A DNA stretch of 64,000 nucleotides from Takakia lepidozioides (taxonomy: Eukaryota; Plantae; Bryophyta): positions 5,208,001-5,272,000 of the forward strand of contig CM060734.1 of assembly GCA_030704615.1 (NCBI GenBank). The letters run 5' to 3'. A program made the position numbers and the translations under genes. The notes under the pieces were generated by a model. It was not told the DNA's origin, did not search any database, and saw only the letters and a list, made by a program, of their open reading frames with translations. Positions 23,499 to 35,236 of the stretch are shown here, piece after piece. How positions within the stretch are numbered: position 1 is the stretch's first letter; each line of letters opens with the position of its first letter.

Positions 23499-26400
23499 TG
23501 AAGGTCCAAATTCTGTGTTGGGATTCACATCCTCCAATGCCTCCGCCACTTGCATCCTTACGCATGACTCATTCTCACCCAAGCTGACACCAGTGACATC
23601 ATGTACCACGCGCTGTGAACGCGGCCCCTTCTGAAGTACTACTTTCCAGTTACCAGCGTTGGAGGGCTCATCTGCAAAAAAAACTTGCTCGACTTGCCAT
23701 GGAAATGTGAATGGTTCATCTCCCGGTGGCAACATGCGATCGAAGTCCACGAGTAGGAAACCATACTCATCCTTCTTCATGGTGCGGTTGCGACCTGTCA
23801 AGCTTGCTCTGACCCATTCACATATGAATACTACAGGAGTGACAGCACCATACTGAAGCTGTAAAATTTCACGAACAACACCGACATATTGCAGCTGGTT
23901 CATGACAGGGTTACCATCCACACCCCTTCCCGTTGACTCTTCGGCAAAAATCTGTGCAACCCCAGAGTCGAATGTGACATGGTAATCAACCACACCTGTT
24001 TCCACCACTCTGTAGTGATTTCCGTATGCCCACATAGACCGAAATGAACGAGCAACAAACCCTGGTGGCTTACACAGATGACGAATATTTGCATCATACG
24101 CTGCTCCTCTTGAAACAACATTTTGTACTGCCGACTGTATCCACATATGAAAAGCAGGCAAAGGCAACATGTTTTCGGGGTATGGAACGGTGCGTTGGTG
24201 TGCATTTCTCCCTTGGGTGGTGTATGTGGCTTGAAATTTGGCTCTGGCTGATTCTATGGTGGCCTTCTCAATATCATAAAGTCTGGTCATACTCAATTCA
24301 CACTTAGTCAGGACCATAGTATGTACAAAGAGGCTGAGTGAAAATTGAGAATGCGCCAATTTTGTGTCCGGAAATGGTTCCCAGAGTTAGCATGTGAAGC
24401 CAAATAAATGATGTATACTTACCTCAGAAACGGTCTCATGCACGCCGTGTTGTGAAGCACATAGTCGTGTGCACTAGCCCGAAGCTCAACCGACAGTTTC
24501 CTTGGAGTTCCAAAGCCCTCTAATACTTCTCCCGCAACACTTTCTTCTTCGTTGCAATCCCAGACCCTTCTACGAGTTCCTGGAAATGCAGCTATGTACT
24601 CTGTGAGGAGGCCAAGAGCCTCATCAAGAGAATACCTCCTGGCCATGCAACCTTCTGGCCGGGCATAGCTCTTCACATATCCCTTCAAATTTTTCATGTA
24701 CCTCTCGATGGGGTACATCCAACGCGAACTAACAGGACCACAAACCTCCAATTCATTCACAAGGTGTAGCACAAGGTGGGTCATGAGATCGAAGAATGAG
24801 GGGGGAAACTCTTTCTCCAACAAACAAAGCGTTACAACCACATCCTCCTTCAGGGCTGGTAGTTCCTCGGGATCCACTGTTTTCATGCACAATGCGCGAA
24901 ATACACGAGATAGCTTCATGATTGCGAGCCTTGGACCTTTGCCCAACAAACCTCGAATGCACAAAGGTAGAACTTGTTGCATCAGTAGATGGTAGTCATG
25001 ACTCTTCATGTGTGAAAGCTTGTTCTTAGCAATATGCTTCTTAAATGAAGCACCATACCCTGTCGGTGTCTTTAGAGCACCCAAAGTTGCATAGAAGGTA
25101 GTAGTTTCTTGTCGATTCAACATGTAAGGAGCCTGCGGCTTCACCAACTTCCTGCCATCTCCGGGGTGGGGTTTTAACCATAAGTGAGGTCGTATGCCCT
25201 CATTCTCCATGTCCTTCCTGCTCTTTACTGTGTCCTTTTCCCCCAATATGGTGCGCAATATGTTTTCACAAATGTTTTTTTCACAGTGCATAACATCAAG
25301 GGTATACCGTATCAACAAATCCTGAAATCATGGAACCACCATCAATATGGTATACTTTGATGGTAAAGCCAAGAGATGACATCTTAATAATGGGAAAAAG
25401 AAGAAACCAGCCTTGCATGCTGCAGACAGTATCCAGAGAGACAAAAGCCAGACATTTTCATGGAAACAACCATATTGCTGCTACATGTGCCATACATAGG
25501 CGACTCCAAACTTGCTTCATGCAATTTGCATTAGGCTGAAATCTAAGTCGTGTGTGATGATCCTTACAACTGTATCCATGCAACTATGAAATCAGCCTTG
25601 CCAACAAACAAACAATGAAGACATACCCACCTTCCAATATGGCAGGTTCCAAAGGATCGACCTTCGCTTCATGCCATGGGATTTGGCAGGGCACACATTC
25701 CGGCGACGGCTGCCAAATGTTTCCATGAACCTCTCGTTTTCCTCCGCATTTTGGAGCTGATCCACAGTGGATACTTGGGGGGGGGGGGGGGGGGTTGTCT
25801 ATGATCGGAGGCTCCATTGAAGTGGTTGCGATTGCATCTATATGGATGGCCTGCTGGTAAGAATTTTCTGTGCCCCTGGTACACCATTTTGCTCAGTGCA
25901 CTGGAGTGCCTGGCATCAAGATTGGGCTCGGACACGGGACAAGCCTTGTAGCCCCCAACTGCACACCCTGCTAGCATGGCATATGCAGGATAGTCATGTA
26001 CTGACCACATCAGAATGGCTCTCATGACAAAGGTCCTTGATCCTTCATTGCCAGATGCATCATTAGCCCTAACACCTTCCCACAACACGGTCAGCTCATC
26101 CACCAGAGGCTGCAAGAACACATCCGCATTGGTCTTCTTCACGGATGTCGGCCCTTGAATTAAGAGTGTCAACATCATAAAAAAAGGCTTTGTGCTCAGC
26201 CAAGGAGGAAGGTTGTAATTCATGAGCAAGACTGGCCACGTAGACCATTTTGTTGATTTATCACCAAAGGGATTGATACCATCCCATGCCAGACCTAGTC
26301 GCAAGTTGCGAGGTTCAGCTGCAAAAGCAGGCCATGTATCGTCAATGTATTTCCATGCAAGGCTGTCAGGTGGGTGTCTCATCTTCCCATCTTGACTTTG

Positions 26401-27533
26401 GTTCTCCATGTGCCACACCATAAGCTTAGATATCTCCTTGCACTTGTACATGCGCTGCAGCCGGGGAATCAAGGGGAAATGCCGCAAGACCTTCTGTGGA
26501 ACCAACGTCTTCATGCCAGGGATGTACCGAGGCGCCCCACATTTAGGGCAAGATGGTGCATCCTGCAGATCTCCCCTGTATAGCACACATCCCTTCTCAC
26601 AAGCATGGATGCTATCGTAATTAAGCCCAGCTTTTGTTATAAGTTTCTTTGCTTCGTAATGAGATTTGGGCAAAAAGTTCCCTTTAGGCAATAGATGTCC
26701 GTGAAAAAATTTCAGAAGCTCATCCATCGCTACGTTTGTGACACCATGAGTAGCACTAACATTGAGCAAAAGCAACGTCGCACTCAAGCAGCTCGTGGGG
26801 CAGCCAACATATAGAGGTGTGGTTGCTTGATGCTGAAATTGGAAAGCAGCACCGTCATCCCCATCCCCATGACTTTGTCCATCATGATGGCGCTCGTCTT
26901 CTCCAAGCCCTTCATCCTCATCAATGGTGCTTTGCACATTATCTGCAACTGCAAATGTTTCCTGCAACATGCAAATGATGTCGACGTCGGGGTCTAGATT
27001 CTCTCCACCACGAACAGGAACAGGGCTAATATGTCTTTCCACATCATCCTCAGGGGGGCTACGTTCTTCCACAAAGTCTTCGTCTTCGGAGTCGACACTC
27101 TCCACCTGCATGTTCACCTGCAAACTATAAGAGTATAGTCTTGTCCAAAATGTAACGTGTTGCATAAAACAGGGAATCTCCAAATTGACCGTGCTAGTTT
27201 CCAACAGTAGTCCACCGTACATGTACAGTGGAGGGCCGTTCAACATTACCATTCTAAGGGCTTCATCCTAAGTTATGTCTGCGAGAAGTGAGGCGAGAGA
27301 TGCACGTCACTCACCATGGGATAACCCAACAGTGGATCCCAGTCATTGGCAAGCAAATGCAATTTGGCAGTTTCCACAAATTGGAGTCGACCCCCATGGC
27401 AGTCGTTGCAGGGACACATTATCTTTGAAATACCCAGTCTAGTTGCACGTCGTTCCTCGATTTGCCAAAGTCCTGCGTCAGTGTGGGGCACCGCAGTGCG
27501 GCGCCGGGTGTTTCTAGTTCCGGCCTCTCTCAT
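23499..27533 (-). CDS. tnpD: CACTA TnpD/Tnp2 transposase (Transpos_assoc, Transposase_21, DUF4218, DUF4216-like), 4 exons
   Basis: Exons 27533-27315 (CPCNDC..HL), 27117-25631 (LGLAWDGINPF, WSVHDYPAY, KRRSILWNLPYWK; frameshift in the poly-G at ~25777-25795), 25321-24423 (DVMHCEKN, MKSHDYH, RWMYPIER) and 24282-23499. GT-AG sites read directly. Confidence 0.93.
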
Positions 27534-27759
27534 CCCCCACAAAACGCTTCTGGGTTTGGCTAGTTTTCGAAGTGGGAAGTCAGCGAGTGCTCGGATGTGG
27601 GGAACCTACGTTTGTGCTTGCAGGCATTGGAGTATTTGTATGGCGGGTCCACCTCCCCTCTGTTTCCTACATGCGCTCCTTCTATTGTTTGATCAGTAGA
27701 TCATGGTAGTCTTGTTTGAGGTCGATTACTGCGATTTGAGCGACGAGGAGGAACCCGCC

Positions 27760-28442
27760 ATGGCACGGACACGCAAGGCCTCTACACCCGACACCCCTCC
27801 ACGCACTGCCTACGAGGAAGAGCGAGAGATGCGCATAGCGGCCAACAAGGAGACGTTGGCTCAGCTGAACATTGGGAGCGTTGCGCGCAGGTGAGCAGAT
27901 CACCCTTGTCCTTAGTATGCATGCTACACAGGTAGTGAGTAGGGGTTTCCCACCACATTAGCCTACTGCTTTCCCTTCCCATAGGTTTCATGGTGATGGC
28001 ACTTTCACGATCGCCTTTTGTTTAGGGCAAGATTCACACAGGGTTTTGGAAATGTGTGCGCAGCATAGCTAGGAGTGTACAACGGCCGACTAGGAGCTCC
28101 AAAGTTGTGTGGAACGGGCCTCCTCGACAAAGTGGGCGCTTGAAAGAACTAGCATTACCTTCGATGGCGGAGGAAGAGCCCGAGACTCCCCAGTCGGTGG
28201 GCTCTGAGGCAGAGGAACTCGACGAGCGTGATCAGGAGCTCGATGAGGATTACAACATAGATGACGACGACGATTCGGAGGAGGAAATGCACGAGGACAT
28301 AGAGGAGGACGAGGATGGAGATGATGTGGACAAGGTATCAGATTTGGAGAACTACATCAGTGGTGCATGTGGACTGACCGAGCCTCCCAATGCAACGCAT
28401 GCTCCGAGGGCACCAAAACGGCCAGCTCCTCTTCCACGAGAG
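27760..28442 (+). CDS. Divergently oriented spliced gene with YEEERxxRIxxN motif and acidic tract, apparently 3'-truncated
   Basis: Exon 27760-27890 (MARTRKASTPDTPPRTAYEEEREMRIAANKETLAQLNI) ends at donor GTGAG. A second, D/E-rich exon ends at GTAAGT after 28442. Confidence 0.6.
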
Positions 28443-30310
28443 GTAAGTGGGCATTTGCTGTACTGATTTCTTAGGTTTGTGGCAGGATTTGCATCTTCTT
28501 ATTTGTTTTTCTTTTTGGTCCCAGCAGTTTTTTCCATTTTCCACTAGCAGGATGAAGCACCACTTTCTTGCCCTCTATACCTCATGATACAGGGTTTATC
28601 TACTGGCTATTCCTTGGAACCCAAATCTGTTATTAAAGTCTTCTATACATTTTTCCATTTTGTGCCATGAGAAATGCAACTCTGCAGATTGCTGACTCCC
28701 TCACAGGAGGTTCAAACTTGTGATGGCCTGTCTTAATACCCAAAAAGCGCAAAGGTGCTCGAGCACTCAGCTCAGCCGCCGTCGCCATCCTCCAGAGAAA
28801 ACAAGCACGAGTATCGTGCCGTGCTTAGGGCAGAGAGGCGGTTAGCAAACCATCCCGTGATTTCATCCACTGGGATGAAATTTTGCACTTCATTAGAGTT
28901 GCATCCTCTTAGGTTTACATCCGTTAGGGTAACATCCAGGATGGATGGAATCCATCATGGATGAAAAATTGCAGGCTACATCCTTAGTGGTAAAGCTCAA
29001 GACAATAATTCAACCAGTTAGGGATTATACCTGGCATTTTTTCATCCGGTATGGATGAAATTCAAGACATATTCCATTAGGGATTAGAAAGAAGGTATTT
29101 CCAAACCAGGTAGGCTTAGGAAAAAAATTGTTAATCCCAAACAGATAATTGGAGAGAGGGAGAGAGGGGGCGCCCACCATCCAACCCTTGGTATGGCAGT
29201 CTCTTATGGAGTGAGTGTGGTATGCACTCACCCCGTAAGGGAGTGCATACCAGACCCATTCTCATAAGGCTCTCCCTCTACAATGTAGTTCTATCCTTGG
29301 ACTTGAATACCAAAAAGATAAAAGGTCTACATTCTCTCTGCCCTCAGATCACGAGTGAACATTGGCATAGCATAAATCAAACTTGGCAAGAAGTCATGCG
29401 TTTTCCATGTTACCTCTTATCTTGTCAACGAGATCTTGTAAAGAAGTAGAGACCAAGGAAGGATCTCCGTGCGATGTAGTTTTATCTTCGGTTAAAAAGC
29501 TACAGTCTCTGCTTCCCAAGTCAAGAGAAAATATGGACAAAATTCATATAGCTGGGCATGCAAGAGTTCAGAAATTACAGGTGTTCTTCAACCGATGGCA
29601 GTAAATTACTGCACATTTTGCCACCATATCAGCCAACTTTATGGTTAGAACCGTTTTTCCAAAGGTATGAATAAGAACTTGTGTTCTTCGGCCAGTGGCA
29701 GTAGTCTACTGCCCGTGATTCACAACATGAACATGTGAATAAGAACATTGGCAGCAATGTGCTGCCCATCTTTTCACCATATCAGCCAGCTTTATGGTTT
29801 AAAAACCAGATTTCCTTAAGGTATGAAAAAGGACATATCATGTTACACCTGCGCATTTTTTTAGTGGTGCTATAAAGTGCAAACCCACATCCAGGAGAAG
29901 TATTAAAGCCCACGAGTAGGGAAGGCTTTTCATCACAAGGGATCTGATGCTGACATAAGGCATCAACTACAGGTTACCAGTTAACAGGAGTAATGTGCAT
30001 TGACCGGATCATGTAGAAGGTGTACACACATACTCTAACAGGCTGTTTTACCCGGGCCTAGCTCATACTATCAGTATGCAAGAAACCCTTAGATGTTCTT
30101 CAAGTAATATCAGCAATGTCTTTCGCTCGTTGTCCAATCCGCCAACAAATTTTTGTTGGAGAGGATCATCATACCTTATGAGGGATTTGTTGCTCCACAC
30201 TATTGTTATGGAGGTATAGGGGGCTGATACCCCATGGCTTTCCTAGACCTCTGCAAAAGCCATTAAAGGTGTTAGTACATCATAGTAAAGAAAACTGGAA
30301 AATGGCAGGT

Positions 30311-30334
30311 GAGAGAGAGAGAGAGAGAGAGAGA
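30311..30334 (+). repeat. (GA)n microsatellite
   Basis: About 12 GA units read directly. Confidence 0.9.
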
Positions 30335-31239
30335 GCGTGTACAGAAACCACTAAGTACACTGGTCAAGAATAGAGAGGGAAGATACTATGTCTTGTCGGG
30401 ACATGGACGAGACCAAACAAGGTCTTTGTCAAATTAACGACAAATCAGCCTCATAACAAGGCACTATCTAACTTCACCTTCCATAGGCAGCATCTTACCT
30501 GATAAAAACTCATGTCATCTTCCTAAAAACACATGAAAATTTAGGGTGGGAGGGTGGGATTTCCAAGACAACCATCGCCAAGTCCTTTGATCATCTGCAA
30601 ACTGAAAAAATACACATCGAGTGAAGACCCTCACCCGTGCCCGTCCCAAAAACCACCACATCAAGATGTGTGTTAGTGAGGATGCACGAGGTGAGTAGCA
30701 GGTCTTCACAGTTGCTATCCATGTCCAACATGCATTCTACAGTGAGCAAATTGATCAAAAGTAAAACATAGATGCGACACCACAGAGAACTTTGATCGTT
30801 TGTGGAGTGGGACGCTGCGGCATTCAACACCTGAATCTCAAGAGATCACAGCAGAATGCAACAAATTGGGATACTTGAGGACAAAGTGCATATTTACAAA
30901 GTGCATGATACTTCCCCCATCACCTTATGAGCGCCGCTGCTTCATGAATAAGAAAGATTGCAGGCAAACACAACAGTAGGTCATTTGCCAGTGCGGGAAA
31001 TGGAAGAGCCTGCCGCCATCGCGCAAGAAAAAACAAAATGCACGCGCATCGTGATGCTCGAGCACTCAGCTCAGCCGCCATCGCCATCCTCCAGAGAAAA
31101 AAAGCACGAGTATCGTGCCGTGCTTAGGGCAGAGAGGCGGTTAGCAAACCATCCCGTGATTTCATCCACTGGGATGAAATTAACATTGAGGTTAGAGTTC
31201 TAAGACTAAAACAGTCACGACTACACTGTTCGAACTTAG

Positions 31240-32060
31240 AGAGATTACCAAGCTGCTGGCATGATGGGCTTTTCAGATTACATAACATCTGTTTTAAGGT
31301 TGCCAAGCAATGCCTTTGGAACCACCCTTTGAGCAAATTACAGGCTGTCTGGTCTGATTTATCAAGCAGGTCTTTGGAACTACGTTCTGAATTTAAAACA
31401 GAATGTCTAAGCTGTTTTGGCTCGATGGCTTTTCAGACTACATACTGGCTGCTTTAGGTGTACCAAGCAGCATCTTTGAAATTAACCGTTGAGCTTCAAA
31501 CAGGCCAAGCACCTGGCATGACGGGCTTTTCAGATTACATAACATCTGTTTTAAGGTTGCCAAGCTATGCCTTTGGAACCACCCTTTGAGTCTGAAACAG
31601 ATCTGGTTTTACTGTTTTAACTTGTTTAAGGCAGATATATTCATATTGTTTTAGCTTGAAGAATACCAAGCAGATGTATTGAAGGGCTTTGCCAAATTAC
31701 CACCGTCTGGTCTGAGTTATGAAGCAAGTTTTTGGAACTACTCTCTGAGTTTAAAACAGAACTGTCTAAGCTGTTTTGGCTTGATGGCTTTTCAGATTAC
31801 ATAATGGCTGCTTTAGGTGTACCAAGCAGTATCTTTGAAATTAACCATTGAGTTTAAAACAGGCCTGGTTACGCTATTATAAGTTTGAAAAGTACCGAGT
31901 AGTACTTTTGGACATACCCAGTGATTTGAAAGCAAGACCTTTGCACACTGTTTTGACTTGGAAAAATACCAAGCAGTGGCCGGCTGGTCTGGCTTTTTCA
32001 AAATACACAATGTCTGGTTTAATTTTTCAAACTGGGCTTTTTGGAATACCCTCTGAGCTG
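31240..32060. repeat. Degenerate minisatellite in the spacer of the inverted repeat
   Basis: GGCTTTTCAGA(T/C)TACATA..CCAAGCA..TTTGGAA motifs recur at ~31264, 31424, 31520, 31782 and 31990. Confidence 0.75.
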
Positions 32061-33953
32061 GTGTTGTCCATAAAGTTCTGATTATGCTCAATGTAGCACT
32101 CCTGCTCTGATTGAGTTTTGGAGAGATGATGGAAATCCAGATCCAGACCTTTATGCATTCATGGAACATAGACTAAATTATCAGGCTGGGCTTTTGGAAT
32201 TGCAACACCTGCAACTCGTTTTTAAAGGCTCAAGTGTTTCTGCTGATGGTATGTACCAAGGGTGGTGTTTGTCCTGGTTTTTTTTTTTTTTTTTTTTTGA
32301 ACAAGACTCCTTCAACGATGAATGACATCTGAATCCAAGGTGATGGTTGTCTTGGAAATCCCACCCTCCCAGCCTAACTTTTCATGTACTTTCAGGAAGA
32401 TGACATGAGTTTCTATCAAGTAAGATACTGTGTATGCGAGGTGAAGTTAGATGGTGCCTTGTCATGAGGCTGATTTGTCTTTATTTGACAATGACAGCAC
32501 TTGTCTTGTCTGTGCCTTGACAAGACATATTTATCTTCCCTCTGTTTTTTGCCCAGTGTACTTAGTGGTTTCTGTACACACTATCTACCTCTCACTTGTC
32601 ATTTTCCAGTCTTCTTACTTTGATGTTCTAACACCTTTAATGGCTTTTGCAGAGGTCTGGCAAAGCCATGGGGTATGAGCCCCCTATACCTCCATAACAA
32701 TAATATGGAGCAACAAATCCCTCGTAAGGTATGATCCTCTCCAGCAAAAATATGTTGGTTGATTGGGCATGGAGAGTAAGGCATCCTTGATGGTACCTGA
32801 AATAAACATAGAGCATCTAAATGACTTCTGAATGATGATATTCTGAGCTAGGCCCTGGTAAGACAGCCTGCTAGAGTATATGTACTGTACACCTTACACA
32901 TGATCCGGTCAATGCACATTACTCTTGTTAGCTGGTCTCCTGTAGCCGATGCCTTATGTCAGTTTTAGTCACCTTATGATACGAGTGACTTCCTTGTCCT
33001 TGGCTCAAGTGCTTCCATGTTTCTCCTGGTTATGGCTTTGCTCTTTGTAGCACCAAAAAAAGTACCCAATCTTACTATGTTGCTGGAAGATGGCTTGTTT
33101 GAATCAGGGGCAGTAGACTACTGCCAGTGGCTGAAGAACACAAGTTCTTATTCATAAATTGGTTCTAACCAAAAAGTTGGCTGATATGGTGGGAAGATGT
33201 GCAGTAGTCTGCTACCATTGGTTGAAGAACACCTGTAATTTCTGAACTCTTGCCAAGTTTGAATTATGTTGTGCCAATGTTCACTCGTAATCTGAGAGCA
33301 GAGAGAATGCAGGCCTTTTATCCATTTGGTATTCAAGTCCAAGGATAGAACTACATTGTAGAGGGAGAGCCTTATGAGAATGGGTCTGGTATGCGCACTC
33401 CCTTACGGAGTGAGTGCATACCAAACTCACTCCATAAGGGACTGCCATACCAGGGGTTGGATGGTGGGTGGCCCCTCTCTCCCTCTCTCCAATTATCTGT
33501 TTGGGATTAACAATTTTTTTCCTAAGCCTATCTGGTTTGGAAATACCTTCTTTCTAATCCCTAATGGAATATGTTTTGGATTTCATCCATACCGGATGAA
33601 AACTATGCCAGGTACACTCCCTAACTGGATGATTTATTGTCTTGAACTTTACCACCGAGGATGTAACTCGTGCTTGTTTTCTCTGGTGGAGGCCGATCAT
33701 GGCGGCTGAGTGCTCGAGCAGCACGGCCTGCGCGCGCTTTGTTTTTTTAATGCGCGATGGCGGCAGATACTTCCATTTCCCGTGCTGGCAAACGACCTAC
33801 TGCTGTGTTTGCCTGCAATCTTTCGCATTCATGAAGCAGCGGCGCTCTTAAGGAGATGGGGGAAGTTAACTTGCACTTTGTAAAGATGCAATTTTCCTCG
33901 AGTCTCCCATTTTGTTGCATTCTATTGTGATCTCTTGAGATTCAGATGTTGAA

Positions 33954-35236
33954 CCTGAAAATACAAGCTTCAGCAGGCTGAAAGCATGCTCTACATGCCC
34001 TACAGGGAAACCAGCCCCTTCCTTCCTTTCTTGCACTCCCACACCTAAAAGTGCAAGCCTTCACCAGGCTGATAGCATGCTCCACACATACATTGCCCTC
34101 ACATAAGGGAAGTCAGCCCTTCCCTCTTCCTTGCTTGCCCTCCAAGCTTGAAGATGGAAACTTCAATGAGCTGAATACATGCTCCACACATGCAACCTCT
34201 TCACACAAGAGATATCAGCCCCCTATCTTGGCTCCTTGGCTCCTTGATGCTCTCTAAGACAAGACTAAGCACTCCACAGCCTTTGCCAAGCTCTTGAAAC
34301 CCTAAGGCTTACATTTCCAGCCACAAGACACTTCTCTTGTGGTGCCAGAGCTCTTCTTCCAAGCTCTGAAACCCTAGGTGCACATTCCATGGCCTTGCCG
34401 CACCTCTTAGCTCCTGTTCCAGCCCTGCTCTTGCCATGACAAGAGCCCTCTCAATGCTGAAGCTCGAGATTGAAACCCAATCTCACCATACTCCACAAAG
34501 TGCATTGATTTGCCCCAAGCCAAATCAGCCCTTTCGCTTGGTCTTGCAATCCTTCACACAATGAAAGCTTGCATTCCCAGGTCCAGTTCTCAGCTTTGCA
34601 CCCCAAAGCCACTATAACCTGCTCTTGACTGGTCCTCTTCCCAATCGTGCTTGCTCATGCATGTACACAATCTGAGACCATCAAGGTGTTCTAGAATTAC
34701 CTGCAGCATGGTGCTTTCATCTCTGAAGCTGAAGAGCGAATGCCAAGGTCTACCACCTCGTAACCCACATCGCCTCCGCTTCTAACAACCAAGAGCTCCA
34801 TGGTGCTCCTTGCATAACAACTTGGTTTCTCTCATTCTCAAGCAAAAACCACAAGTGCTACAACTAACTCGTATCTAGCACTCATAGATACGAGCTGATC
34901 TTTCTCGAGTGATAAAGAAGAAGAATACAAGCACAAGCTCATGCAAGCTCACAAAGCTGAAGCATAAACTCATGCATATATAACCTCATCACTCAAATAC
35001 AAGTCAAGCCAAGTGCACCCCACGCCATGGGGAATCCACACTACGGCGCCATAGCTAGGCGCGGTGAGGCTCAACTCGAGAAAGATGAGCCTTCCGCGCT
35101 TGCCGTGAAGATAACCACTCCAGGGCCTAAATCTGCCTTGACCCCTGGATTGACACTTGGGCCAATCCCAAATGTCAATATGTAAAAGCTAGCTATTTCC
35201 TAGCTAGTTTCACACTAGTGGTAAAATAACTTCACA
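33954..35236 (-). mobile_element. Probable LTR fragment of another retrotransposon, inserted into chromovirus integrase
   Basis: Non-coding block ending ..AACTTCACA (TGTGAAG on the minus strand) exactly where chromovirus integrase sequence CACTCTTGAAG resumes. The other end is missing. Confidence 0.5.

Larger units (their letters stand above)
28755..33953. repeat. Composite degenerate inverted/direct repeat block
   Basis: ~28975-30600 is inverted at ~32340-33666; ~30826-31110 is inverted at ~33667-33953; 28755-28880 is directly repeated at ~31053-31180. Confidence 0.85.

Noticed and set aside
33358-33492. Hammerhead ribozyme in the branched hairpin
   Set aside because: Has CTTATGA rather than CTGATGA, that segment is base-paired, and no GAAA core follows stem II.
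35188-35230. CACTA terminus (CACTAGTGGTAAAA) or Helitron 3' end (hairpin + CTAG|T)
   Set aside because: No subterminal repeats follow and the hairpin is AT-rich. The true junction is ~17 bp further on at ..TTCACA, which fits an LTR end better.
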